42,569 nucleotides of DNA, from NCBI GenBank assembly GCA_023257935.1, contig JALRAZ010000029.1, forward strand, positions 1 to 42,569, given 5' to 3'. This DNA comes from Verrucomicrobiota bacterium. GTDB taxonomy: Bacteria > Verrucomicrobiota > Verrucomicrobiia > Limisphaerales > AAA164-E04. The notes beneath the pieces were generated by a model. It had not been told where the DNA came from. It was given only the letters and a program-made list of their open reading frames with translations, and made no database searches. A program made the position numbers and the translations under genes. Shown in pieces: positions 7,295 to 16,721 of the stretch. Positions within the stretch are counted from its first letter, which is position 1. The number at the start of each line of letters is the position of its first letter.

Positions 7295-9601
7295 ATGAGT
7301 CAACTTGAGAGCACAAACCAATCCTACTCGGTCATGTTAACAGGGTCCCTGCGGCAGCTCTGCTGGCTTTATTGTTGTTTGATCATGCCTTGGGTCGGGA
7401 TGACTGGAGCAACGTTGAAGGCATCGGAAATCCAATTTGACGTTTTTTCCGGCTACGGAGAAATCCTTAAGCGAGATTGCTGGCTGCCTCTTAGCTTTGA
7501 AATCTTCCATGATCAGGAAGGCTTCTCAGGAGTCATCGAAATGTGGGATGCGAGTGGGCAGATTCAGCGGCTCATTCCCGTTGATTTACCACGAGGCACA
7601 CGCAAGCGCATTCAAGTCCCAGTTTACCATGAGGGCAACAGTTACGCATGGAAAATCAACCTGCGAGATGCTCAGGGAAATCTGCTAGCTGAGCGAACCC
7701 AGTTTCAGCATACCGAATTAGGACCTCAGGGTTTTGTTTTAGGGTCAGTGAGTGAGTCCTTTGCCGGACAACCCTCACTTCCCAAGCAAGCAGCTTTCGA
7801 GGATCAATCCTTTCTTCCGAGGGTCGGGCGCATCATGGCCCAATCGCTGCCTCAGGATGCGCTGTCAATGGAAGGGCTCAGCGCTCTCTATCTTCATGCC
7901 TCCCAGGCCGAGTTGCTGGAGACCAGCCAATGGGAGTCCTTACATGCTTGGCTTTTCCAAGGGGGGTGTCTGATTGTCGCTGCAGAGGATCCGGCACAGC
8001 TCAGGCAAGTGGCAGAACTGAGCGCTATCATTCCCTTCATCGTTGAGGGAGTTGGGAATCTACCATGGGGCACAAGCTTAAGCCAATGGCTTACCAGCCC
8101 CTCCCCGAAATCCAGTCCCCTACCAACCTGCTATCCCGCACTTTTTGATCAAGATACGGCATCAGGAGGTAGCGCCAACACCGGCGGGTCTGGCAACCCG
8201 AATTTCAGGATCAATCTTGGCACTCAAAGCATCTACCGAGATAACCGCTACCTAAGATTAAGTCACGAACCAGGCAATGAAGAGGCATTCATGCCAATCC
8301 TAACTGGAAAAGTCACTGATGGCATGGTGCTGGCAGAGCAAGATGGTTTCCCGCTCATCGTGCATGCAAGGCGAGGCTTGGGCCAGATCACCTTCCTGAC
8401 ATTCAACCCAGAGAGGGAACCGGTCAAGGGCTGGAATTTACAGCCCTGGTTCTGGGCCAAACTCAGCGGGATTCCAGGCGCATGGTTTGATATGACACAA
8501 CCTCGAGATCGCTTTGCTCAGACACCAGATAGCCTATTCGGATCACTCATTGAAAGTCGTCAAATCCAGAAACTTCCCATCGGCTGGTTGATGGTCATGC
8601 TAGCGGCTTACCTCATCGTCATTGGCCCAGGCGATCGATGGCTACTGAAAAAATATCGTCGTGAAATGTGGACCTGGATCACCTTTCCATCCTATGTCCT
8701 GACTTTTTCCCTGATCATCTATTACGTTGGGTTCCGCCTGCGATCTGGCGCCTTAGAATATCGAGAGCTGCAATTGATCGACTGGGTAGCCACAGAGGAG
8801 GCAGCAGGGGTGACACGCCATCGCCAATACGCTTCCATCTATTCTCCCAGAACGACCTCTTATTCTCTAGTTGGGATGAACCCAAATGCTTCCCTCAGAC
8901 CTGAAGCAAGCCTCATGTGGCAAGGGTCAGTGGGTGGTAAAGGGGCCATCATCACCCACAAGGAGGGCGGCAGCCAGGCTGAGGTCAAGATACCTGTCTG
9001 GACCAGCCGTCTTTTCGTGGGAGAGGGTCATGCCCACGATACCCCCGCTCCGGTTCGACTGGTAGAGAATGTCCTTTCCGATGGCAAGCTAAGGGTCACT
9101 TTGGAAAATTCAGGGGCTCTGCCCCTTGATGAGATCCGCATCCTCTACCGAGGGAACTACCTGGATGCCACCGATGAACTGTCTCCTTCGGCCATGCAAC
9201 AATGGATCATTGATCCCGATACAGCCCCTGAAGTGAGCACCTTATGGGCTCAGTACGCTGACCAATTCAAGCAGGCAATCAGCAGCCGATCTGCTGCACT
9301 GGGAGAAACCTATCGACTCGAAGATGTGATGCAAACGGTGACCGGGGCTTCCCTTATCCAAGGAATCAACCAACACATGCCTTCGCACCAGAGACTCAGA
9401 AGTAAGGCATCGATGGATCTGACGCCATATTTGGATCAAGGCCACCCCATCCTTTTAGCTAGATCCAGTCAACGCGCGATCCTGCCGACCATGAATCGAT
9501 TCGAACCGAAGACCTCCAGGAGCGACATACTCCTGCGTGTGGTCCTACCACTCCCAGGATTAACCTCAAACCCCGATCCCGAGGGCGACAAGACAAGATG
9601 A
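7295..9601 (+). CDS. Large membrane protein associated with an ABC exporter (beta-sandwich, class-I GATase/GIFT-like domain, 2 TM, C-terminal extracytoplasmic domain)
   Basis: Signal-like N-terminus (start may be a later Met), WLPLSFEI..VDLPRGTRKRIQVPV, LPQDALSMEGLSALYL..QWESLHAWLFQGGCLIVA, PLIVHARRGLGQITFL, and a TM hairpin AYLIVIGPGDRWLLKKYRREMWTWITFP. ATGA overlap with the ABC ATPase gene. Confidence 0.8.
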   Translation: MSQLESTNQSYSVMLTGSLRQLCWLYCCLIMPWVGMTGATLKASEIQFDVFSGYGEILKRDCWLPLSFEIFHDQEGFSGVIEMWDASGQIQRLIPVDLPRGTRKRIQVPVYHEGNSYAWKINLRDAQGNLLAERTQFQHTELGPQGFVLGSVSESFAGQPSLPKQAAFEDQSFLPRVGRIMAQSLPQDALSMEGLSALYLHASQAELLETSQWESLHAWLFQGGCLIVAAEDPAQLRQVAELSAIIPFIVEGVGNLPWGTSLSQWLTSPSPKSSPLPTCYPALFDQDTASGGSANTGGSGNPNFRINLGTQSIYRDNRYLRLSHEPGNEEAFMPILTGKVTDGMVLAEQDGFPLIVHARRGLGQITFLTFNPEREPVKGWNLQPWFWAKLSGIPGAWFDMTQPRDRFAQTPDSLFGSLIESRQIQKLPIGWLMVMLAAYLIVIGPGDRWLLKKYRREMWTWITFPSYVLTFSLIIYYVGFRLRSGALEYRELQLIDWVATEEAAGVTRHRQYASIYSPRTTSYSLVGMNPNASLRPEASLMWQGSVGGKGAIITHKEGGSQAEVKIPVWTSRLFVGEGHAHDTPAPVRLVENVLSDGKLRVTLENSGALPLDEIRILYRGNYLDATDELSPSAMQQWIIDPDTAPEVSTLWAQYADQFKQAISSRSAALGETYRLEDVMQTVTGASLIQGINQHMPSHQRLRSKASMDLTPYLDQGHPILLARSSQRAILPTMNRFEPKTSRSDILLRVVLPLPGLTSNPDPEGDKTR

Positions 9602-10560
9602 ATCACGATCCGATTTCTGCGCCAGATTTACCTGTGGTGCAAACCCACGCTTTATCCCGTCATTTCGGCAATATGGTAGCTCTGGATAAGCTAAACCTGA
9701 CCATCGAGAAAGGGGATCTCTTTGGATTTATTGGTTCCAATGGTGCAGGCAAGACAACCACTCTGCGTATCCTTGCGACCTTCCTAGCGCCCTCCTCAGG
9801 CCACGCGACCATCCTTGGACACAATGTCATCAAAGAGCCCGATGCTGTTAGGCATCTCATCGGCTACATGCCTGATTTCTTTGGGGTCTACAAGGATATG
9901 GAAGTCACCGAGTACCTGGACTTTTTTGCTGCCTGCTATCGCATTGATTCAAAGCAGCGCGAAAGCACCGTGAGCGACGTCTTGGAACTGGTCGGACTAA
10001 CGGAAAAAAAAGGGGCACTGATTGGAGCGCTCAGTCGAGGCATGCAACAGCGCATCGGCCTGGCACGGGTACTGATTCATGATCCACAGCTATTGCTGCT
10101 GGACGAACCGGCCAGCGGCCTGGATCCAAGGGCACGCATTGAAATGATGGCTATCCTGCAAGAACTGCAGCAGATGGGAAAAACCATCATCATCTCTAGT
10201 CATATCCTGAGCGAACTACAGAACCTCTGCAATCGAGTCGCCATCATTGAGCAAGGCAAATTGATCTATAGTGGCGATGTCGAGGGAGTGGCTAAGCAGT
10301 TGAGTCGCGACAGGGTGATCTTAGCAAGCATTCAGGGGGATTGGGAAAAAGCCATTGGCTATTTGAAGGCTCGTTCAGAAATCGCCGATGTCCAGTGGGA
10401 CAAGGATAGGTTAAGGATTACGATGGCAGATCAGCAATCCAATGTTGGGGTGATCGCCCAAACACTGGTAGCCAACCAGATTGACTTACTGAGCTTGACT
10501 GAAGATCAGTTAGGACTCGAGGAGGTTTTCATGCGTGTCACGAAGGGTGATACCCAGTAA
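9598..10560 (+). CDS. ABC-2 type exporter ATP-binding protein
   Basis: Walker A GSNGAGKTT, signature LSRGMQQR, Walker B LLLLDEPASGLDP, H-loop SSHIL. Confidence 0.97.
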   Translation: MNHDPISAPDLPVVQTHALSRHFGNMVALDKLNLTIEKGDLFGFIGSNGAGKTTTLRILATFLAPSSGHATILGHNVIKEPDAVRHLIGYMPDFFGVYKDMEVTEYLDFFAACYRIDSKQRESTVSDVLELVGLTEKKGALIGALSRGMQQRIGLARVLIHDPQLLLLDEPASGLDPRARIEMMAILQELQQMGKTIIISSHILSELQNLCNRVAIIEQGKLIYSGDVEGVAKQLSRDRVILASIQGDWEKAIGYLKARSEIADVQWDKDRLRITMADQQSNVGVIAQTLVANQIDLLSLTEDQLGLEEVFMRVTKGDTQ

Positions 10561-10590
10561 GCGCCTCGGCAAGAGCATGCCATCGTCGTT

Positions 10591-12255
10591 ATGAGAAATT
10601 TACTGCCGGTTGTGGAGAGAGAGCTCAGGGTCACGGCGCGTCAGAAGGCGCTCTATGTGCACCGGGGCCTTCTCGCCTTTGTCGCCATGGGCATTGCCGG
10701 CATGTTAATGTTTTTCATGTGGCGCCTTCCCCCCAGTAGGATGGGGATCAGTGTTTTTTACACCCTCTCATGCCTTGCCTTCATCCATGCGGCAACAGTC
10801 GGCATCTGGATCACTTCGGATTGCATCAGTCAGGAGAGACGAGAGGGAACCCTGGGATTGCTGTTTCTCACTGATTTGGGAGGGCTGGACATCATCCTCG
10901 GTAAGTTGACAGCGACATCATTGAAGGCACTGACTGGTCTGCTTGCCATTTTCCCTGTTTTGGCTATCCCTCTCCTGCTAGGGAGTGTTGAAAGCCACGA
11001 GTTGTGGCGTGTCATGCTCGTGTTGGGTAACACCATGCTGCTTTCCCTGGCAGCAGGTATTTTCGTCTCAACACTGAGTCATAGTCCCAAGGGTGCCTTG
11101 ATCGGCACATTCCTCATGGTGGTGGCTCTGTTGGGGGGGGCACCCTTACTGCTGTGGTTGATCGGCTTTCTTGGTGGAGAGAGCTTGATTGGTGAAGGCG
11201 TTTTCCAGAAGGCCTCTCTTCACAGCGCCATCTATGGACTCATCCTTGGGTTCCAATCTAATTACCTGACCGAGGCAGCCTCCTACTGGCAGAGTCTTTG
11301 GATTAATTTCTTTTTGACGATCGGTTTCATTTCAGCTGCATCCATACTTCTGCCCAGGACCTGGCAATCTGAGGCGCGCGCAAAACCCAAGCGTGCCACG
11401 ATAAAGAATCCACTCAGCAAGCAAGCTCAAAGCGCCCAGATCCAGGGAAACCCCATAGCATGGCTCCACCAGCGCTCAACCAAGAGGTGGTTCAACCTCT
11501 GGCTTCCTTGGCTTGTTGGCCTGCTTTTTTGGGGATGGGCCAGTTACGTGCATGGCTCTTTGTTTTATGCTGAACCAAGCTCATGGGTCATGACTGCCTA
11601 CCTAAGCAGCGTGATCCTCAAGCTCATGATCAGCTCGGAAATGGCATACCGACTAAGCGATGATCGCCGTAGCGGTGCTTTAGAACTGCTTTTTGCTACA
11701 AGCATCACCACTTCTGAAATGATTCAGGGGCATCGCCAGGCACTTCATGGTAAATACCGAGGACCCATTATCCTGGTCAGCCTACTCAACGCAGGGTTCG
11801 GCTTATTGCTCATGCTTTGGGATGGGTTCGATACCAAAACAACCTGCATGGTACTGGCTCACCTGATGCTTCTCTGGCTGGATCTTAGAGCCCTGTTTTG
11901 GTTCGGCCTTTGGCGCAGCCTCAAATCTCCTAGCGGCAATCACGCTAACCGAACCATCACATTTTTCGCGCTGACACTTCCTTGGATCGTGTATGTGGGC
12001 ATGACCCTGTTCTCCTTCCAGATTTTCAGCGTTTTGTTCTTTGGCAACCGCCCCACACTTGGCCTAGAGCCAGGAACCATCATCCTTGCCACTTGGTTTT
12101 TGATTCAGTGCCCATGGGCTATTGGCCTAGCAATCTTAGGGCGACGTGAGATCACCAGCCATTTCCGGGTTTTGGCTACCTCAACCTCAGCCCAGCATCA
12201 ATCGCTACCGGTGTCGATCAGCCATCAAGGTGTGCCGGATTCCCCAACCACATAA
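10591..12255 (+). CDS. ABC-2 type permease with internally duplicated halves
   Basis: N-terminal PVVERELR and about 12 TM segments. The coupling motif occurs twice: ISQERREGTLGLLFLTDL and LSDDRRSGALELLFATSI. Confidence 0.88.
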   Translation: MRNLLPVVERELRVTARQKALYVHRGLLAFVAMGIAGMLMFFMWRLPPSRMGISVFYTLSCLAFIHAATVGIWITSDCISQERREGTLGLLFLTDLGGLDIILGKLTATSLKALTGLLAIFPVLAIPLLLGSVESHELWRVMLVLGNTMLLSLAAGIFVSTLSHSPKGALIGTFLMVVALLGGAPLLLWLIGFLGGESLIGEGVFQKASLHSAIYGLILGFQSNYLTEAASYWQSLWINFFLTIGFISAASILLPRTWQSEARAKPKRATIKNPLSKQAQSAQIQGNPIAWLHQRSTKRWFNLWLPWLVGLLFWGWASYVHGSLFYAEPSSWVMTAYLSSVILKLMISSEMAYRLSDDRRSGALELLFATSITTSEMIQGHRQALHGKYRGPIILVSLLNAGFGLLLMLWDGFDTKTTCMVLAHLMLLWLDLRALFWFGLWRSLKSPSGNHANRTITFFALTLPWIVYVGMTLFSFQIFSVLFFGNRPTLGLEPGTIILATWFLIQCPWAIGLAILGRREITSHFRVLATSTSAQHQSLPVSISHQGVPDSPTT

Positions 12256-13709
12256 TCAGTTGGAAGTCGGTATTTGAACATCACCCGCTGGGTAGCATCC
12301 TTGAGACGCTGGGCATCAAGCACTAACTTTGTCACCGCCTCACCAGGTAAGAACTCGATGAGGTGAAAGCCCTCGACAGGAAGCTCGAGTGCCTCTTTCA
12401 GGCCGGGCAAGTCGACAATTCTCCGGCCGTTGACCTGATGAACCACAAGGTATCGGTAGTCCTGATATCCCAGATTGTAAGGGTCTGGCAATACAGCCGA
12501 AAGCACGACACAGGATGGGTTTTCTTCGCTAGGGGCCTGGCCCTTTAAACGCACAAGACGCACGGGAGCACGCCTTTCCCAATCGCGACCCCAGCTCCTC
12601 AGGAAGGGCTCGGTCAAGGGTTGAAAAAGCAATCCACCCGCCATCAGGTATGCTGGCGGCATGTCGTAGTTGGCAGTGGGTACGTATTCACTCTGATAAT
12701 TAGCCCGTGGCAACTCGAAGGCTACCTCCAACAAAGCTCCTTCGCGCCAAAGGGTCATGGCAACCTGATCCCCTGCCCAATGGCCCCGGGTAGCGAGGCG
12801 CTCTAGGGTCAGCTTGCCATAGGTTGGATCATCGTAATCCCCCATGATGTCGATATCAAAACCATCGACTGATAAGAGAATATCTTTGGCTTTTAATACA
12901 TTCTGATGACCGGGAATAGCGATGATTTCCGTGATGATCACCCCGCGCCTTGGACCCGTTAACTTGAGGTAATCCTGGGCAGCAGGGTTTTCGGACTTCT
13001 TCCAGTAAAAGTTAAAGAAACCCACCTCCGAAGGCTGATTTTGTTCAAGCCTAGTGAGCACTTCATGAATCAAAAAAGAAGGGATCGCGGCACATTTATT
13101 CCTGGCCTGAGCTACCGCCAGGCCGATGAGCTGATCACCCACTACAATGGCTTCAGATCGCCCGATTCCCTCAATTTCTGAGTCCAGTTCGAGCTGCGGA
13201 AGATCAATGAAGCTCAAGGGACTTCGCCCTACCCTGAGCCGATTAATATCTAATTTACGGTTTTCGAGTCGTCCATCGTTCCATCGAAGCAAGCGTGCCT
13301 CGCCGGTAGCAGGCACCGGGTCGGCAAATTCAACGGGCTGGAGACCATCCCAGAAAGCTGGATCCTGAACCTTCAGCAAAGCTAGGTTGAGGTGGTAGTC
13401 AATCCATTCCAGCGAAGCCTGAAACCATTCTCCACGCCCCCCCTTTTGCACCCGTATGGTCGTTTGGTCGAACAGGTCCTCCGCTGCGGTGATGATTTGC
13501 TCACCCTGGGTTACCACCCCAAACTTGACGTTGGATGCCGTACGGCGGGACCATGGCTGAAAAAATTCATATTGATGCCGAGTCACCTCAATCTTGATCA
13601 GGGAACTTGACCAACGATCAATCACATCGTCGGCCATGAGGGCAGGTTTGATACCACTCATCAAAATCAACCAACCCCAAACTGAAATGCTCCATATTGT
13701 TTGTTTCAT
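12225..13709 (-). CDS. Catalytically dead Deg/HtrA (Deg2-type) protease homolog with PDZ domains, exported
   Basis: Colinear with the upstream protease (QPW, LALLKVQDPAFWDGLQP, KAKDILLSVDG, PPAYLMAGGLLFQPL). Triad motifs are altered: TAAEDL for TNAHVV, NLA for DLA, GIGRSEA for PGNSGGP. Signal peptide present. Confidence 0.85.
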   Translation of the reverse strand: MKQTIWSISVWGWLILMSGIKPALMADDVIDRWSSSLIKIEVTRHQYEFFQPWSRRTASNVKFGVVTQGEQIITAAEDLFDQTTIRVQKGGRGEWFQASLEWIDYHLNLALLKVQDPAFWDGLQPVEFADPVPATGEARLLRWNDGRLENRKLDINRLRVGRSPLSFIDLPQLELDSEIEGIGRSEAIVVGDQLIGLAVAQARNKCAAIPSFLIHEVLTRLEQNQPSEVGFFNFYWKKSENPAAQDYLKLTGPRRGVIITEIIAIPGHQNVLKAKDILLSVDGFDIDIMGDYDDPTYGKLTLERLATRGHWAGDQVAMTLWREGALLEVAFELPRANYQSEYVPTANYDMPPAYLMAGGLLFQPLTEPFLRSWGRDWERRAPVRLVRLKGQAPSEENPSCVVLSAVLPDPYNLGYQDYRYLVVHQVNGRRIVDLPGLKEALELPVEGFHLIEFLPGEAVTKLVLDAQRLKDATQRVMFKYRLPTDYVVGESGTP

Positions 13710-15148
13710 AGCATTCGATCTTTTTGAATCCCGTAGGTTTGGAGGATCGCATCATTGGCCTTTTCAGCTTCGTTTCGATCCAGGCAATCAAAACCAAGTC
13801 GCTCGCCAAATTCGATGACGTGGTGGGAGCCTTCATGATCCTCCAGAGCTCGAACAACGTCTTCAAGCGAATCAATACGAATACCATTGATGGACTCAAC
13901 CAGCACCCTGCCCTTGATATCCATGTTGGCATTGACAGGGTGAGAGAGCACCGTGGAAAGCATGATGGGCTCTGAGCGAACCTCCTCGGGTTCAGCATTG
14001 CGTTTGTAGAAGAGTTCGTAGAGCAATCCGATACCCGCGACTGCTGACCAGTTCTGACCGAAGGTCGTCAGGTAATCGCGGCTCAAAGGGGTGAAGACCA
14101 GCCCTGCATAGACAAAATATTTGGGCGGCTCATACTGGTTTCCCTCCAATCTATCCTGTGCGTTGACTTCGACTGGCAAAGCTATTTCCAGAAGCTGACC
14201 CTCTCGCCATATCTTGACAGGAACCTCCTGGCCATGCTGGGCCTGACTGAACGCAATGGCGCCATGCACTTGGTTACCCTCGTATAGGATAGTGGCATCT
14301 GCTGCCACCTGATAGCCATTGATTTCAAGTAGCACATCATCTTCCTTGAGAAACGCCTTGGCAGACTCGCTCCTCAAGGTATCGACCCTGGCACCATCGG
14401 AGGGAGACTCCAATTTGAGGAACTGACGATAGGCTGGGTTGATGAGTGGCGAGAGACCGATTCCGGCCTGGGGAAACCCATTGTAAACCCCATCTTCAAC
14501 ATCCTTGAGAAAATGCTGAATGATGGGAGGAGGGATGAAGAAACCGGTATTTTCCAGGCCCGGAGTCCCTTGAAAAGCCACTCCCACCACCTGGTCGTCT
14601 TGGAGGACAGGCCCACCGGAATTACCTGGGTTAATGGCCGCGTCAGTCTGAACTGCCAAGAGACTTCGGTTACCTGGTTGGACATAGTTGATAAGTTCGA
14701 TGCGACTGACAACCCCGCTGGTAAAAGATATTTGCTCCCCCCCAGCCGGATAACCGATGGTGTTGACCACCGAGCGCACCTTGGGCAGGACTCCGATTGG
14801 GAGAGGATTTAGCCCCTCAAAAAAAGTTGGGTCCTCAACGGTGAGTATGGCTAAATCACAATCGTGTCCGACGTAGGCAATCTCTGCAAGATGCGGGCGG
14901 GAATCCTGAAAGCGCCTGACTTGTATTTGCTTGGCCCAGCTCACCACGTGGGCGTTGGTCATGATCCGGTTGCCTTCAATCACAAAACCCGATCCTGTTG
15001 AGCCCCTGACTCGAGAAGCATTCCAAGGTTCATCCCAATCCGGTTCCTGACTGAAGGTCATGATTTGAATGACCGATTTTTCAGGCTCATCGGCCCTGAG
15101 GGAAATCATCAGGGCGAGCAGAATCATGATGGAAGTTATTGGTTTCAA
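13706..15148 (-). CDS. Trypsin-like serine protease Do (HtrA/Deg family, plant Deg2-like two-PDZ architecture), exported
   Basis: Signal peptide, GSGF, TNAHVV (His), CDLA (Asp), DAAINPGNSGGP (Ser), a PDZ, and a C-terminal P.YFVYAGLVFTPL PDZ-like domain. TTG start. Confidence 0.95.
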   Translation of the reverse strand: MKPITSIMILLALMISLRADEPEKSVIQIMTFSQEPDWDEPWNASRVRGSTGSGFVIEGNRIMTNAHVVSWAKQIQVRRFQDSRPHLAEIAYVGHDCDLAILTVEDPTFFEGLNPLPIGVLPKVRSVVNTIGYPAGGEQISFTSGVVSRIELINYVQPGNRSLLAVQTDAAINPGNSGGPVLQDDQVVGVAFQGTPGLENTGFFIPPPIIQHFLKDVEDGVYNGFPQAGIGLSPLINPAYRQFLKLESPSDGARVDTLRSESAKAFLKEDDVLLEINGYQVAADATILYEGNQVHGAIAFSQAQHGQEVPVKIWREGQLLEIALPVEVNAQDRLEGNQYEPPKYFVYAGLVFTPLSRDYLTTFGQNWSAVAGIGLLYELFYKRNAEPEEVRSEPIMLSTVLSHPVNANMDIKGRVLVESINGIRIDSLEDVVRALEDHEGSHHVIEFGERLGFDCLDRNEAEKANDAILQTYGIQKDRML

Positions 15149-15156
15149 GATACTCG

Positions 15157-15185
15157 AACATGCGTCCTTTCGGTTGCAGGGTCAA
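15157..15185 (-). promoter_or_regulatory. Putative promoter of the Deg pair (near-leaderless)
   Basis: TTGACC-N17-CATGTT ending 8 nt before the TTG start. Confidence 0.5.
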
Positions 15186-15359
15186 GTATGGATAGGGCGA
15201 GCATCAGCCCCAAGCAAGGCGAGTCATTCCCATGTCCAGCGAGGATGCCATTGGGTGGCTACCCCAAGGGCTGGGCATCACATAAAAAATGGTTACTTCC
15301 CCAATGAGGAGCACTGAATTTTGCTTCCAAATCCGCTTTGAATCCTTAGCTTTTGAGCC

Positions 15360-16718
15360 ATGCACCCCCTCATTCAATTGATTGCGTTGGCAACCATGTT
15401 TCTTGGCTATCAGCGTGATTCGCTCGCCGAGGACTGGCCCGGTTTTTTGGGGCTGCGTGGCGATTCCATCTCCCATGAGACGGGCCTGCTGAAATCTTGG
15501 CCTGATCAAGGACCTCCCCTGGCATGGAAAAAAACCGTGGGCACAGGCTACAGCGCGCCTTCGATCCGCGGCGATTTACTGGTGCTTCACCATCGCCTTG
15601 GGAAGGAGGAAGTGGTTGAAGCCATGGATCCTCTGAGCGGTGAATCCCAATGGCGCCACGCCTATCCCAGTGCGTATATAGACCCATATGGCTACAACAA
15701 CGGCCCGCGTTGTACACCGCTGCTGACCCAAGACAGGTGCTATGGTCTGGGAGCCGAAGGCAAGCTCTTTTGCCTGGACTTGATGCGCGGCGAGCTCATC
15801 TGGGAACGTGATACGGCGAGGGATTTTCAGATACCAGAGGCCTTTTTCGGTGTCGGTAGCACCCCATTGCTGGAGGGGAATAAGCTGATCGTCATGCTCG
15901 GGGCTCAACCCAACGCTGGGGTGGTGGCCTTCGATGCCCAAACAGGCGCAACGCTTTGGACGGCAGTTGGCAAAGAGACCTGGGACGGCGAGCCCAAAAC
16001 CGGATGGCGTGGTGAGCCTATCGTACGATGGCAAGGGCATGAAAAACAAGCATCCTACGCCTCCCCAGTAGCTGCCACCATCCATGGAAGGAGGCATATT
16101 TTGTGTCTCATGCGGCAAGGCCTTGTGTCACTGGATCCTGAAACAGGCAAGGAACAATTTCATTTCTGGTTCAGAGCAACGGTGAATGAGAGCGTGAATG
16201 CCATGAATCCAGTGGTTTCGGGGGATACCATCCTCCTGTCCGCTGCCTACTACCGAGTTGGGGCAGTGCTACTGAAGGTGGCATCCGATGGCAGGAGTGT
16301 CTCACCTCTCTGGCGCTCGCTTGCACTGGAGGTCCACTGGTCAACCCCCTTGTTGATTGATGGACACCTCTACGCCTTCAGTGGGCGCAATGAACCGGAC
16401 GCTCGATTTCGATGTGTTGAAATGGCCACAGGCGAGGTCAAATGGGACCAGGATGAGAGCTGGCGTAAGAGCTATCAGGGACCCCCTGAAAAATATGGTA
16501 GAGGATCTGCCATCCTAGCCGACGGCAAGCTCATCGCAATGGGTGAGGCCGGTCAGCTTGGGCTCTTCAACCCCACCCCTGCTGGGCCTGAGGAGATCAG
16601 TCATTTTCAAGTACCCGAAATGAAATATCCCTGCTGGACCGCACCCGTTCTTTCTGAGGGAAGACTGTTTCTGCGCAGTGAGGACAAGCTCATTTGTTAT
16701 GACCTGAAGCCACACTGA
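15360..16718 (+). CDS. PQQ-binding-like (BamB-type) beta-propeller protein, exported
   Basis: Signal peptide, EDWPGFLG, GYSAP, GPRCTP, repeated xxxDxxTGxxxW blades, YASP, and a C-terminal WTAPVLSEGRLFLR..LICYDL typical of the PVC-expanded family. Confidence 0.9.
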   Translation: MHPLIQLIALATMFLGYQRDSLAEDWPGFLGLRGDSISHETGLLKSWPDQGPPLAWKKTVGTGYSAPSIRGDLLVLHHRLGKEEVVEAMDPLSGESQWRHAYPSAYIDPYGYNNGPRCTPLLTQDRCYGLGAEGKLFCLDLMRGELIWERDTARDFQIPEAFFGVGSTPLLEGNKLIVMLGAQPNAGVVAFDAQTGATLWTAVGKETWDGEPKTGWRGEPIVRWQGHEKQASYASPVAATIHGRRHILCLMRQGLVSLDPETGKEQFHFWFRATVNESVNAMNPVVSGDTILLSAAYYRVGAVLLKVASDGRSVSPLWRSLALEVHWSTPLLIDGHLYAFSGRNEPDARFRCVEMATGEVKWDQDESWRKSYQGPPEKYGRGSAILADGKLIAMGEAGQLGLFNPTPAGPEEISHFQVPEMKYPCWTAPVLSEGRLFLRSEDKLICYDLKPH

Positions 16719-16721
16719 AGC

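Noticed and set aside
12225-13709. Calling the dead Deg paralog a pseudogene
   Set aside because: The ORF is full-length with a signal peptide, no stops or frameshifts, and retained translational coupling.
15244-15290. Imperfect hairpin GATGCC...GGCATC followed by an A-run in the Deg/PQQ divergent gap
   Set aside because: Weak inner pairing, the A/T tract is on the wrong side for a terminator, and no gene ends here.
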